Assembly (NCBI GenBank): GCA_963774655.1
Contig: CAVZFZ010000007.1
Span: 324,085 to 388,084 of the forward strand
Source of the DNA: Bryobacterales bacterium
GTDB lineage: Bacteria; Acidobacteriota; Terriglobia; Bryobacterales; Bryobacteraceae
Length of the DNA stretch: 64,000 bases
Direction of reading: 5' to 3'
Below, piece by piece: positions 10,710 to 21,174 of this stretch; position 1 is the stretch's first letter, and every line of letters starts with the position of its first letter. The position numbers were made by a program, and so were the translations under genes. The notes under the pieces were generated by a model, which worked only from the letters and a program-made list of their open reading frames with translations, was not told the DNA's origin and searched no databases.

Positions 10710-12412
10710 GGGAGTCGGTGCCTTTCTTGCAGCAATCGTACTGGGCCTCTCCCTGACAAATTGCAAAATGCCCGGCGAACAACAGGACTTCTCCAAAGTC
10801 ACCGAAGATTTCGTCTACGGATCTCTCGCGCTCTCACCCATCTCCGCCACCTCAGCCGGCTATCACGAACATCACGGCGTGCATCTCGACGACAAGCTCG
10901 ACGATCTCAGCGGCAGCGGCTTCCAGGAACAGCGCCAGTTCTACTTCGGTTTTCACGACCGCCTCGCGCTGATCAAACCCGAATCCTTATCCAGCGAAGA
11001 ACGCGCCGACTATCGGATGATCCAGAATCAAATCGATCTCGCGCTTCTCGACCTGCGCCGCATCCAGAGTTTCCGTCACAATCCCACCCTTTGCGTAGAA
11101 CTGCTGGGCACCGCGCTGTTCGACCCTTTCGTTCTCGAGTACGCGCCGCTAGAGGACCGTTACCGTCACATCATCCAGCGCCTGTTCCGAATCCCCGCGT
11201 TCCTGGAAAACGCGCAAAGCTTGTTGCTCGATTCTCCGGAGGTCTGGAACCGCGTAGCCCAAGAGGAGAACGACGGCAATATCGATCTGATCGACAAGAC
11301 TCTTCGCGCGAAAGTTCCTCCTCCGCTCAAATCCGAATTCGACCGCGCCGCGAAATCGGCGCTGGATGCCCTGGCGCGGCTTCAACAAGTTCTTAAAAAC
11401 CGACCTCTCCCGCAAACCTTCCGAATGGCGTTTAGGCAAGGACAAGTACGACGAGAAATTCCGCTACACGCTGGCATCCGGCAAAACTCCCGAGCAGGTC
11501 CTGGCCGAAGCCGAAACCGCCCTGAAAGATGTCCGCACCGAAATGGCCAAGTTGGCCGCTCCTCACTCTGTAAAAGAAGCGCTGGATAAAATTGCCCAAC
11601 AACACGCCACGCCAGAGACCTATTTCGACGAAGCGCGTAAAGATCTTGCGGACGCCACCAGCTTCGTCCGCGCGAAACATCTGGTCACGCTGCCCGGTCG
11701 ATCCAATCTGCAAGTGATTCCGACCCCCGAGTTCATGCGCGGCGGCTATCCCGTGGGCGGTTTCAACCAAGCGCCCGCGCTCGAACCGCAACTTGGCGCT
11801 TTCTATTGGATCACACCCATCCCGAACTCCTGGCCGCCAGACCGCATCGAATCGAAGCTGCGCGAATACAACACCTACGGCCTTCAGGAACTGACCATCC
11901 ATGAAGCCATGCCTGGTCATTATGTGCAATTCGAGGTCGCCAACAATGTCGAACCCAAATCGCGCCGGCTGCTCCGGAATATTTACGGCAACGGCGCTTA
12001 TGTGGAAGGCTGGGGCGTCTACGCGCAGCAGTTGATGTCCGACCAAGGCTATTTGAATAACAGCGTCGAGCTGAGGTTGACTCTGCTGAAACAACTGCTC
12101 CGCGTCATCGCCAATGCCATTCTCGACATCCGGTTCCACACCATGGATATGACCGAGCAACAGGCGCTTGATTTGATGATCAACGACACGTTCCAGGAAA
12201 AAGAAGAAGCCACCGCCAAAGTGCAGCGCGCCGAGCTGTCCTCCTGCCAGCTCCCCACCTATTTCGTCGGTTGGCGCGGCTGGCTGGATGTGCGCGAAGA
12301 ATACAAGAAGCGCAAAGGCGCGTCCTTCAACCTGGCCGAATTCCACGACGCAGCTTTAAAGGAAAGCGCCGTCCCGCTCCCCTTCCTTAAAGAACTGCTC
12401 ACCGGTCGCTAA
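10681..12412 (+). CDS. DUF885 family lipoprotein (HExxPGH metallopeptidase-like); one apparent +1 frameshift
   Basis: Lipobox LSLTNC, and downstream TIHEAMPGHYVQ. The frame jumps near 11377 (SALDALA|GFNKFLKTDL), joining track ORFs 10681-11589 and 11366-12412. The start codon is uncertain because it lies inside the REP. Confidence 0.7.
10690..10722. repeat. REP-like element, family R-B single arm (ACCGAACCGCGACCGTAAGGGAGTCGGTGCC)
   Basis: Matches arms at 25440, 53444 and 56960. It overlaps the fabD 3' end and the first codons of the next ORF. Confidence 0.8.
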
Positions 12413-12433
12413 CGCTGCGCTCGGAATGAGACC

Positions 12434-12507
12434 ACCGAACCGCGACCGCAAGGGAGCGCTACCACGACAGCAGCTCGCGTTACGCTTCCTCGCGGTCGCG
12501 GCTCGGT
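12434..12507. repeat. REP-like hairpin, family R-A
   Basis: ACCGAACCGCGACCGCAAGGGAGCGCTACCACGA ... CGCTTCCTCGCGGTCGCGGCTCGG. Confidence 0.85.
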
Positions 12508-12569
12508 AGTAGGTTTCTAAGGTATTCACCGTATTGTTCCCATAAGCCAAACCCGCTAGTCTGGAAATT

Positions 12570-13526
12570 GTGAAGCTCTTGCTTTCTTGCACCGCCCTGG
12601 CCGTTTTTGCGCTCTCCGCGCAAGAGTCCAGCGTCCGAACCACCACTTCAGTGGACGTGAACGGCAATCGTGTAGCCGATGGACCGCAACTCGATCAGAC
12701 CAAGTCCAAGAACTCCGTCGAAACCACCGAGCGTGTACGATCTATCAACGGCCGCATGGTCCCCCTGGAGCGCGTGGACGAGCGCGTCATCCGCGACGAT
12801 GCGAACGCGAGAGTCACCGAAAGACTGATCCAGCAGTTCGATGCCACCGGCAACCCGACCACGCCGATGAAGGAAATCGTCGAGGAACAGAGACGCTCCG
12901 ATGGTAGTGCCACCATTCAGACCACGCGTTATCAGAACGACATTAACGGTGCGCAGCAGATGATGCAAAAATCGATTACCGATATCCGCAAGAGTGGCTC
13001 GTCGGAAACCATAAGTAACGAAGTTCAGCGTCCCTGGAACGGTTCCATCCAGACTGTCGAGAAAAAAGAAACCGTGCGGGTGAAAGATGGAACCGGATAT
13101 CGCGAGGAGGACACCACCTATCGCCGCGACGGAAACGGCGGATTTGCTGTAACAGTACGCGAGACCAAAGAACATACCGAGCAGGGTGGCCAGTCGTCCG
13201 ACAATACCGCGGAATACGAAATCGGTCCCGAAGGTACTTTGCAACTGCACAGTCAGTCCGTCGCCACCACCATCACGCGCCCCGACGGCTCGAAGGACTC
13301 GGTGGTGAATCTCTTCGGCCGCAGCGCTCCCGGCACTGTGGATTCCGACGGTAAGCTGAAGCTCTACGAGCAGCAAATCATCGAGCAGAAGCAGAGGCCC
13401 GGCAACACAGTGGTGGAAACGCTCAGCGTGCGCCGTCCTTCTGTTTCCGATCCGAACACACTCGGTCCCGAGCGGCAAATTTCCGAAACCACTTGCAAAG
13501 GCAAGTGCCTGAGTCCCGCGCAATAA
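12570..13526 (+). CDS. Hypothetical secreted protein
   Basis: 318-aa ORF with a GTG start and signal peptide MKLLLSCTALAVFALSAQE. The body is hydrophilic and T/E/R-rich. I do not recognise a family. Confidence 0.55.
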   Translation: MKLLLSCTALAVFALSAQESSVRTTTSVDVNGNRVADGPQLDQTKSKNSVETTERVRSINGRMVPLERVDERVIRDDANARVTERLIQQFDATGNPTTPMKEIVEEQRRSDGSATIQTTRYQNDINGAQQMMQKSITDIRKSGSSETISNEVQRPWNGSIQTVEKKETVRVKDGTGYREEDTTYRRDGNGGFAVTVRETKEHTEQGGQSSDNTAEYEIGPEGTLQLHSQSVATTITRPDGSKDSVVNLFGRSAPGTVDSDGKLKLYEQQIIEQKQRPGNTVVETLSVRRPSVSDPNTLGPERQISETTCKGKCLSPAQ

Positions 13527-13647
13527 AGCAGCGCAGCTCTTTTCTTACATTCTTAACGTTACCTCTCGATGTAACCGTCTCATCCGGTAACATCGCCGCT
13601 CAAGCTGCATCTACAGGAGGTACGCAGTAAGAGGAGCTATTCAAAAC

Positions 13648-14592
13648 ATGAAGACTTGGAAACAACTCGAACCAACCTTGACTGCAGCCACGCTGCTACT
13701 CGCCGTAGCAGGTGTAATTCCGCTGGCAGCGCAAACCTCCCCCACCACACCCACTCCGGCGGCTACCTGCACCACCGCGCCCACCGGCTTGACCACTCTG
13801 AACTTCGAGCGCGCTGCCACGTTAGCAGACATTCTAACTACACTCACTCCGAATCTCGCAGCCAATGTTTTGGCCTCCATCACCGGCGGCGCCCAGGAGA
13901 TTCGCGAAATTTTCATCTACAATCCCCAACTGGGCACCGTTACTTCCACGGTTTTTCTGGTCGCAGCCGGCGCGGCGCTTCCCACTCCGAACTTTGATTT
14001 CCAAACCGGTGTTATTCAAACCACCACCACCAAAATCAGTCTGATTCTCACCGGATGTAACCCAGTTCCCTCGCTCATGATCGTCGGAACCGTGTCGGAT
14101 AGTTCCGCCGCCGGCGCATTCGGAAATGTCAACGGGTCGCCGGTCGCAATTTCCATCGGATACACCACTGACACGCCGCCCAAAATCAACAACGTCGCGG
14201 AAGTAATCGCTGGCCTGGTAGTGGCTTACTCCGCCGCCGGTACTGGAAGTGTGACATTTCCGGCGGTCCCGGTGGTTCCCCCCGGCTCCACGGGCGGTGT
14301 GACCATTACGGTCACCAGTCCGCAGCTCGGCACACTGATGGGTGGCGCGAAAGTAATTCAAACCAGCCTGAATCCAACCGTGCTCGATGCCAGCGCCAGC
14401 ACCGGGAGCGGTCCACTCACTTACTCCTGGAGCACTTTAGGAGCGCCAGTGAACTTCACCGGAACGGGCAAGACCGGCCAGATCCAGGTTACGTTCCCGA
14501 GTCCCGGAGACTACACCATCTTGTTAACCGTGACTGACACCAGTACGGGAACAAGCGCCATGTATAGCGTGATTCTCGAATACGCGAAATAG
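13648..14592 (+). CDS. Hypothetical secreted protein with C-terminal PKD-like domain
   Basis: Signal-like N-terminus. The C-terminus LDASASTGSGPLTYSWS...PGDYTILLTVTDTSTG is PKD-like. Confidence 0.6.
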   Translation: MKTWKQLEPTLTAATLLLAVAGVIPLAAQTSPTTPTPAATCTTAPTGLTTLNFERAATLADILTTLTPNLAANVLASITGGAQEIREIFIYNPQLGTVTSTVFLVAAGAALPTPNFDFQTGVIQTTTTKISLILTGCNPVPSLMIVGTVSDSSAAGAFGNVNGSPVAISIGYTTDTPPKINNVAEVIAGLVVAYSAAGTGSVTFPAVPVVPPGSTGGVTITVTSPQLGTLMGGAKVIQTSLNPTVLDASASTGSGPLTYSWSTLGAPVNFTGTGKTGQIQVTFPSPGDYTILLTVTDTSTGTSAMYSVILEYAK

Positions 14593-14604
14593 ACTCACGT
14601 TTTA

Positions 14605-14675
14605 ACCGAACCGCGACCGCCAGGAAGCGCTACCACGACAGTGGATCAACAGCGCTCCCTCGCGGTCGCGGCTCA
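14605..14675. repeat. REP-like hairpin, family R-A
   Basis: AACCGAACCGCGACCGCCAGGAAGCGCTACCACGA ... CGCTCCCTCGCGGTCGCGGCTC. Confidence 0.8.
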
Positions 14676-14691
14676 GTCGAACACAAGCAGT

Positions 14692-14724
14692 CTTATCCGC
14701 GTTTATCTGCGTTCATCCGTGGCC
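14692..14724. repeat. Half copy (right arm only) of family P1
   Basis: CTTATCCGCGTTTATCTGCGTTCATCCGTGGCC. No left arm is present. Confidence 0.7.
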
Positions 14725-14743
14725 AAGAAGTTTTCCGCCGGGA

Positions 14744-14929
14744 TCACCCGTGCCCAAAGTGCATCAACCACCCCAACCCAATGAGCGCAGCCATAAAGTA
14801 AACGAAACACCGGACTCCGTATCGCAGCCTCTCGGCGTCCGTGCGCTTGGTGATGACGCCCAACACCACGGACGAGAAAAGCGCGAACAGCAGCGCCGCT
14901 TCGAAGTGGGAAAGATTCATCTTCGGCAT
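14744..14929 (-). CDS. Small membrane protein
   Basis: 61 aa with two hydrophobic helices. Its ATG overlaps the stop of the upstream gene (ATGA at 14931-14928 on the minus strand). Confidence 0.5.
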   Translation of the reverse strand: MPKMNLSHFEAALLFALFSSVVLGVITKRTDAERLRYGVRCFVYFMAALIGLGWLMHFGHG

Positions 14930-15351
14930 CAGTCCTTCTTCCCGGTCGCGATTTCATACGCGTCCACCATCGCCAGAACGTTGATCAATCCAGCCGCCAC
15001 CAGAAACTTGGTTCCGTAGTCGTGAACATGCCCGGCCATGTCCGGCTGCGCGTAGCCCAGCCACGTCGCCAACAGATAAAGCAGTCCGGATGCCAGATCT
15101 CCCAGGAATCCACCGCAGTAAATAATCGTAGTCAGGATGTCGCCAGTCTGCGGTTGAAACATCGCACCCCGCATCATCAGCCCCAGCAGGAACATCGAGA
15201 GCACGGTCACCAGCAGCAGCGCGCCGCGGCCGGTCCGCTTCAACAGGAAATGTCCGCCGCCCGGGATCAGCCACCCGAGCAACACCGGTGGCGCCCATTT
15301 GCTGATGGGCGGAGTGGGTTCCACCGCCGCTTTGCTAGGAGTTGTTGGCAT
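14929..15351 (-). CDS. Membrane protein, function unknown
   Basis: 140 aa with 3-4 predicted transmembrane helices (LLGWLIPGGGHFLLKR...). Confidence 0.55.
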   Translation of the reverse strand: MPTTPSKAAVEPTPPISKWAPPVLLGWLIPGGGHFLLKRTGRGALLLVTVLSMFLLGLMMRGAMFQPQTGDILTTIIYCGGFLGDLASGLLYLLATWLGYAQPDMAGHVHDYGTKFLVAAGLINVLAMVDAYEIATGKKD

Positions 15352-15461
15352 CGCCTCCAGTTTAGCAACTCAATAGGGGACATGACGGGCTAGCGTTACA
15401 ACAGTTCCACCTTTAGTCGAAGCAGTCGTGTCCCCGGAACTCCGCGTGGTATTCCTTTTAT

Positions 15462-16337
15462 ATGTCCCGCGGCTCGGAAATGTTGCGCCTCGAGTACTAT
15501 CTGCCCGAGGTCTTCAATTTCGCGCGCATCGCCCTCATTCTCATCTTTGCGTTCATCTGTACCCGCGCGATGAGCCGCATTCTCGGCCTGCTGCGCAGCC
15601 ACATCATCAAGATGATGTTGAAGGCCGGCAGCGGCAACGAGTACGAAATCGAAAAACGCGTCCAGACCGTCTCGGGCGTATCGAAAAAAGGGCTCTTCGT
15701 CCTGATCTGGTCTATCGCACTGATCATGATCCTGAAAGAACTCAACTTCGAAATCTGGCCGCTCGTGACAGGCGCCGGAGTGATCGGAGTCGCGGTCGGG
15801 TTCGGAGCGCAAAGCATCATCAAGGACCTTCTGAGCGGCCTGTTCCTTTTGGTTGAAAATCAGATCCGCGTCAATGACGTCGCCGTCATCAACGGCAAAA
15901 GCGGGCTAGTGGAGGAAATCAATCTGCGCACCACCGTAATCCGCGCCGAGGATGGCGCCGTCCACATTTTTCCCAACGGCTCTATCCAAAGCATCTCCAA
16001 CCTGACGCGCGAATACTCTTACTACATGTTCAATCTCTCGGTCGACTACAAAGAGAACACCGATCATGTGGTTCAAGTTCTGAAGCAGATCGCCGACCAA
16101 TTGCAGTCGGAAGAACCGTACCATTCCGCGATCCTGGCGCCGCTCGAAGTGTTTGGCGTCGACCAGCTAGCCGATTTTGCAGTCGTCATCAAAGCGCGTT
16201 TCAAAACGATAGCCGGCCAACAATGGTTGATCGGCCGCGAAATGAATCGCAGAATCAAGCTGCGCTTCGAAGAAGCCCGCATCGACATGCCATTTCCCAC
16301 CAGCACCGTACATATTGTGAACAAAGAAACGTCCTGA
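15462..16337 (+). CDS. Mechanosensitive ion channel family protein (MscS-like)
   Basis: Transmembrane N-terminus followed by GAQSIIKDLLSGLFLLVENQIRVNDVAVINGKSGLVEEINLRTTVIR. Confidence 0.8.
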   Translation: MSRGSEMLRLEYYLPEVFNFARIALILIFAFICTRAMSRILGLLRSHIIKMMLKAGSGNEYEIEKRVQTVSGVSKKGLFVLIWSIALIMILKELNFEIWPLVTGAGVIGVAVGFGAQSIIKDLLSGLFLLVENQIRVNDVAVINGKSGLVEEINLRTTVIRAEDGAVHIFPNGSIQSISNLTREYSYYMFNLSVDYKENTDHVVQVLKQIADQLQSEEPYHSAILAPLEVFGVDQLADFAVVIKARFKTIAGQQWLIGREMNRRIKLRFEEARIDMPFPTSTVHIVNKETS

Positions 16338-16354
16338 CTCTCGCGATCCCGCCA

Positions 16355-16436
16355 ACCGAACCGCGACCGCAAGGGAGCGCTACCACGAAACCTGTCGGAA
16401 CGCTAAGACGCGAGCGTAAAGCGACCGGTTGTTCGG
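16355..16436. repeat. REP-like element, R-A arm plus a degenerate second arm
   Basis: ACCGAACCGCGACCGCAAGGGAGCGCTACCACGA, then CGCGAGCGTAAAGCGACCGGTTGTTCGG. Confidence 0.75.
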
Positions 16437-16488
16437 AGCGAATGCACGCACTCATGTGAACGCCATGGTATTTTAGTCTTTCAAAACT

Positions 16489-18102
16489 ATGCAGCCCCTC
16501 GTCGGCATCATCATGGGCAGCAAGTCCGATTGGGACACCATGCGCCACGCCACGGAAATGTTGGAGCGCTTCGGCGTCCCGCACGAATCCAAAGTTGTCT
16601 CCGCGCATCGCACGCCGCAATGGATGGTGGAATATGCATCCAGCGCCGAAACGCGCGGCTTGCAAGTCATCATCGCGGGCGCGGGCGGAGCCGCACATCT
16701 TCCCGGAATGGTAGCAGCCAACACCCTGCTTCCCGTATTCGGCGTTCCGGTGGAAAGCAAAGCGCTCAAGGGCATGGACTCTCTGCTCTCCATCGTGCAA
16801 ATGCCCGGCGGAATCCCGGTCGGAACTTTAGCCATCGGAAAATCCGGCGCTCAGAACGCCGCTCTGCTCGCCGTCGCGATCCTGGCCAATCACGATCCCG
16901 CGCTGCGCGAAAAGCTGCGCGTGTTTCGCGAGGAGCAAGCCGAGCAAAGTCCGCTCGGAAGAGTTGACGTGATCCAGCCAATCCTTCCGGGAGCCGCCAT
17001 CGGCGTCCTGGGGAGTGGACAGCTTGGCCGCATGTTCGCCCTCGCCGCGCGCAGCATGGGCTATCGCGTCCACACTTTTTCGCCGGATCAGGACACCCCC
17101 ACCGGCCAAATCGCCGACGTGGAAATCGTCGCGCCTTACGACGACCTGGATGCCGTTGAAAAATTCGCACGCGCCGTTTCTGTAGTGACCTTCGAATTCG
17201 AAAATGTTCCAGCCCCAACCGCTGCCGCCGCCAATCGCGCCGCGCCCGTTCGGCCCGACGGGTCCATCCTTCACATCACCCAGCAGCGCATCCGTGAAAA
17301 GCAATTTCTCACCAAAACCGGCCTGCCTATCACGCCCTATCGCGAAGTCCGCTCGCCGGCCGATCTCGAGCGAGCCTTAAACGATCTCGGATACCCCGCC
17401 GTCCTCAAAACCGCTGCATTCGGCTACGACGGCAAAGGCCAATTCAAGATCGATTCGCCGGATCACATCGCTGCAGCCTGGTCCGCCGTAGGCCAGCAGG
17501 AATCCGTCCTCGAAGCTTTCATCGATCTCGATTGCGAAATCTCCGTCGTAGCCGCCCGCGGTCACAATGGCCAGTTCGTCCACTTCGGCGCCATCGAAAA
17601 CCAGCACTCGCACCATATCCTCGATCTTTCCATCGCCCCGGCGCGCGTGCCTCCGGAAATTTCCAATCAGGCGGTGGAAATGACCCGCACAGTTCTCGAA
17701 CAACTCGGCGTGGTCGGCGTCCTCTGCGTCGAGTTCTTCGTCACCCGCTCCGGCAAGCTGCTGATCAACGAACTCGCGCCGCGCCCGCACAACTCCGGCC
17801 ACCTGACCGTCGACGCCTGTGTCACCAGCCAGTTCGAGCAGCAGTTGCGCGCCGTCTGCGGCCTGCCCCTTGGCTCCTCCGCGATGCATCGCCCGGCTGC
17901 GATGGCAAATCTCCTGGGCGACATCTGGTCCCACGGCGAACCCAACTGGTCCGCCGCCTGCGCTTTCCCGGACGTCAAACTCCACCTCTACGGCAAGCTC
18001 GCCCCACGTCCCGGCCGCAAGATGGGCCACCTGACCGCGCTAAACCACGCTTCCGACGAGGCTTATCTCACCGTAATCAAGTCCAGAAAGACACTAACTT
18101 AA
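16489..18102 (+). CDS. PurE (N5-CAIR mutase) and PurK (N5-CAIR synthetase) in one uninterrupted ORF
   Basis: The N-terminal ~155 aa are PurE-like ([26 protein letters not shown]). The remainder is PurK-like ATP-grasp ([29 protein letters not shown]). See the finding on fusion versus indel artefact. Confidence 0.85.
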   Translation: MQPLVGIIMGSKSDWDTMRHATEMLERFGVPHESKVVSAHRTPQWMVEYASSAETRGLQVIIAGAGGAAHLPGMVAANTLLPVFGVPVESKALKGMDSLLSIVQMPGGIPVGTLAIGKSGAQNAALLAVAILANHDPALREKLRVFREEQAEQSPLGRVDVIQPILPGAAIGVLGSGQLGRMFALAARSMGYRVHTFSPDQDTPTGQIADVEIVAPYDDLDAVEKFARAVSVVTFEFENVPAPTAAAANRAAPVRPDGSILHITQQRIREKQFLTKTGLPITPYREVRSPADLERALNDLGYPAVLKTAAFGYDGKGQFKIDSPDHIAAAWSAVGQQESVLEAFIDLDCEISVVAARGHNGQFVHFGAIENQHSHHILDLSIAPARVPPEISNQAVEMTRTVLEQLGVVGVLCVEFFVTRSGKLLINELAPRPHNSGHLTVDACVTSQFEQQLRAVCGLPLGSSAMHRPAAMANLLGDIWSHGEPNWSAACAFPDVKLHLYGKLAPRPGRKMGHLTALNHASDEAYLTVIKSRKTLT

Positions 18103-18120
18103 TAAACTTAATAATTACTG

Positions 18121-18150
18121 TTGACAAACTTAAATAACTTGATGTAAAAA
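18121..18150 (+). promoter_or_regulatory. Candidate sigma70-type promoter in an AT-rich island
   Basis: TTGACA (18121-18126), an 18-nt spacer, then TAAAAA(T). It sits in an AT-rich stretch with repeated AACTTAA(A)TAA motifs. The GTG start at 18156 follows within about 6 nt. Confidence 0.35.
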
Positions 18151-18155
18151 TAGGT

Positions 18156-18539
18156 GTGGCCGTTGATCCCAAAGCCTCGGACTGGCAGGAACTCACCAAA
18201 CTGACCCAGGGTCAGCCCATCCTGGTGGAACGAGTCCGGATCGCCGACAAAGACATTACCGTCGAAGGCCGCTTTGAGCTCCCTCAGTTAGCTCGCCTCA
18301 GCCAGGAAGATCAAGTCTTTATCACCGCCTTCGTCCGCAGCCACGGCTCCATAAAAGAGATGGAGCAGATTTTCGGTGTAAGCTACCCTACTATCAAATC
18401 CAGGCTCACCCGCATCGCCGACAGCTTGGAATTTGTCGAAACGAACCCAGCGCCGTCCCGCTCTGATGTTCTCGACCGCCTCAAGCGCGGCGAGATCACC
18501 GCGCAGGACGCCATTCAGGAACTGGAGAAATTGAAGTGA
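18156..18539 (+). CDS. DUF2089-like HTH protein (zinc-ribbon cysteines absent)
   Basis: LSQEDQVFITAFVRSHGSIKEMEQIFGVSYPTIKSRL matches the DUF2089 C-terminal HTH as I recall it. The N-terminal region has no Cys. Confidence 0.6.
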   Translation: MAVDPKASDWQELTKLTQGQPILVERVRIADKDITVEGRFELPQLARLSQEDQVFITAFVRSHGSIKEMEQIFGVSYPTIKSRLTRIADSLEFVETNPAPSRSDVLDRLKRGEITAQDAIQELEKLK

Positions 18540-18799
18540 TTCCCTACTCAGCCGCCATCCAAATTCGCACCGAACGCATCCGCTCCACGCAACGCTGGAT
18601 CATCCCGTTTTGGCTGGCCGGTATTCTGCTGCTGCCGGTCGCGATCCTGCTGCTGCCTTTGATCCTCATCGTCTGCGCCGTCGCCAGGATCAATCCGTTC
18701 CCGCTGTTGGGCGCTTTCTGGAAAATCTTCGTCGCGCTAAAAGGAACCACCGTCGATGTCGAGGATCCGCACTATTTCGTCTCAGTCCAGATTTCGTAA
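18536..18799 (+). CDS. Small membrane protein
   Basis: 87 aa with a long hydrophobic segment (WIIPFWLAGILLLPVAILLLPLILIVCAV). It shares a GTGA overlap with the upstream gene. Confidence 0.5.
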   Translation: MIPYSAAIQIRTERIRSTQRWIIPFWLAGILLLPVAILLLPLILIVCAVARINPFPLLGAFWKIFVALKGTTVDVEDPHYFVSVQIS

Positions 18800-18808
18800 G
18801 GAGCCATC

Positions 18809-19222
18809 ATGAACGAGAATCGCCGACAAATCTTAGAAATGTTAGCCGCCGGCCAAATCACCGCCGACGAAGCGGAGCGCCTGATCTCAGCCACCGAAGC
18901 TGAGTCGCAGCCGGCTTCCGCGGGCGGCGGCAAACCCAAGCCAAAGTACATCCGCGTAGTGGTGGATGACAACAAGAGGGGAACTGGCACCAAGGCGAAT
19001 ATCCGTGTCCCCATGCAACTGCTTCGCTCGGGCGTCAAACTGGCCGCCCTCATCCCGCTGCAAGCCCGCGATCACGTAAACGCTGCCCTGCACGAACACG
19101 GCGTGGCGTTCGACTTGAGCCAGATCAACCCCAAGAATCTGGAAGAGCTGATCGACCAACTGGATGAACTCACCGTCGACGTAGACGACAAAGACGTAAA
19201 AGTCCGCGTCTTCTGCGAATAA
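18809..19222 (+). CDS. SHOCT-like / YvlB-N-terminal-like domain protein
   Basis: The N-terminal helix ILEMLAAGQITADEAERLI is followed by a linker and an acidic C-terminal domain. Confidence 0.55.
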   Translation: MNENRRQILEMLAAGQITADEAERLISATEAESQPASAGGGKPKPKYIRVVVDDNKRGTGTKANIRVPMQLLRSGVKLAALIPLQARDHVNAALHEHGVAFDLSQINPKNLEELIDQLDELTVDVDDKDVKVRVFCE

Positions 19223-19227
19223 CATTG

Positions 19228-19272
19228 TGGCGTACGCACTCGTGCGTGCCGCGTTCACACTCGTGTGAACGC
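19228..19272. repeat. Family H3 core (double hairpin)
   Basis: TGGCGTACGCACTCGTGCGTGCCGCGTTCACACTCGTGTGAACGC, nearly identical to 9336-9380. Confidence 0.85.
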
Positions 19273-19306
19273 AAAGCTAGCGCCGCGCTGTGCCAAACTA
19301 AAACTA

Positions 19307-20018
19307 ATGCACTCCGTTCGCCAATGGCTGGCCGAAGCCCGCTCTGTCGCCGTACTCACCGGCGCCGGAGTCTCAGCCGAAAGCGGCGTACCCACATTCC
19401 GCGACGCCAATGGACTCTGGAAGCAATACCGCGTCCAGGAACTCGCCACCCAATCGGCCTTCGCGCGCGATCCCAAGCTGGTTTGGGAATGGTACAACTG
19501 GCGGCGCTCCGTTCTGGCGGAAGTAAAGCCCAATCCCGGCCACTTCGCCCTCGCTGAACTCGAAAAGCGCATCCCCAAATTCACGTTGATCACGCAGAAT
19601 GTCGACGGACTCCACGAATTGGCCGGCAGCCGAAATATCCTCCGGCTGCACGGAAGCATCTGGGAAGTCCGCTGTATCGCCTGCGCGCGCCAGTCTGTGG
19701 ATCTACGCGTTTCAATTCCCGAACTCCCGCCCCTGTGCGAATGCGGCGGATTGCTGCGCCCCGCCGTGGTCTGGTTCGGCGAGCCTCTGCCCAGCCAGGT
19801 CTGGAAATCCGCCGAAGCAGCGGCCCAGACTTCGGATCTCTTGCTGGTGATCGGTACATCGGCGGTCGTCTATCCAGCTGCCGGCCTGGCCCAACTCGCC
19901 AAGTCCGTCAGGCGCGCGCGTCGTCGAAATCAATCTTGCGGAAACACCCATCACTAGCGAAATCGACGAGTTCCTGCAAGGGCCCTCCGGTGAATTGCTG
20001 CCCCAACTAATCGCATGA
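19307..20018 (+). CDS. cobB: NAD-dependent protein deacylase (Sir2 family); one apparent +1 frameshift near the 3' end
   Basis: GAGVSAESGVPTFRD, QNVDGLH, and CxxC...CxC. The frame jumps near 19908, after which ...SGARVVEINLAETPITSEIDEFLQGPSGELLPQLIA reads on to a TGA at 20016-20018 that overlaps the larC ATG. Confidence 0.8.
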
Positions 20019-21174
20019 AGATCTGCTACCTGGACGCCTTCTCCGGTATCAGCGGAGACATGACCGTTGGCGCGTTAGCCGACGCCGGCGCAGACTCTGT
20101 AACTCTCATACAAATTCTAGATAGCCTCGGCACTGGCGCAAAGTTCCAGGTGGAAAAAGTCGAGCCGCCGTGGAATCGCAGCATCCAAGTTCCACGTCAT
20201 CGCGCGGCGAAGCCAAAAGCCACCGCCATCTCAAGGACATCCTGCAACTCATCGCCAATTCCAGCGCGCCCGGACCAGTCAAACAAAACGCAGGCGCCGT
20301 GTTTCAACGCCTGGGCGAGGCGGAAGCCAAGGTCCACGGTATCCCGCTCGCGAAAGTCCATTTTCACGAAGTAGGCGCGGTGGATTCCATCTGCGACATC
20401 GTCGGCGCCTGCGCCGCCTTCCACCTGCTCGGTGTCGAAGCAATCTACAGCTCGCCTCTCAACGTTGGAAGCGGAACGGTCCGCACCGAACACGGCGTGC
20501 TTCCGGTTCCCGCGCCGGCCACTGCGGAACTGCTCACCGGCAGGCCCATCTATGCGCGCGGGCCCGCCTTTGAACTCACAACGCCCACCGGCGCTGCCAT
20601 CGCCACGGCGCTTGCGAAAGACTTCGGCGCGCTTCCGCCCATGCGGATCATCGCCACCGGCTACGGCGCGGGCGACAATGATTTCCCCGAACACGCCAAC
20701 GTCCTGCGCGTCATCATCGGCGAAACGAACGATGCCAGCGAATCCACCACGGTAGCTGTGCTCGAAGCCAACATCGACGATTCCAGCCCGCAGGTGCTCG
20801 GCTATGCCATGGAACGCTTGCTCGAAGCAGGCGCTTTAGATGTAACGCTCGAATACGTGCTCATGAAAAAGAGCCGCCCCGGCACGCTGGTGCGCGTCAT
20901 CGCGAAACCGGAAGATCGCGAAAAGCTCGCGCAAATGATGTTCGCCGAAACCTCCACGCTCGGTCTCCGGATTTATTCGGCCGAACGCCGCGTACAGGCA
21001 CGTCGCATTCTCGAAGTGGAAACGCCGCACGGAAAAGTCCGTATCAAAATCTCCGCCGACGGTTCCTTCGCGCCCGAGTACGAAGATTGCCGAAAGCTCG
21101 CGCTCGATACTGGCATCCCGCTGAAACAGATCCTGGCCGAAGCCAATCTGGCCTATCTCAAAAACATCCGATGA
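20015..21174 (+). CDS. larC: LarC-like nickel-pincer cofactor biosynthesis protein (DUF111); two apparent +1 frameshifts
   Basis: MKICYLDAFSGISGDMTVGAL. Frames jump near 20167 and near 20204 (RGIAASKFHVIA|GEAKSHRHLKDIL). The rest is intact (HFHEVGAVDSICDIVG...). Confidence 0.75.
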
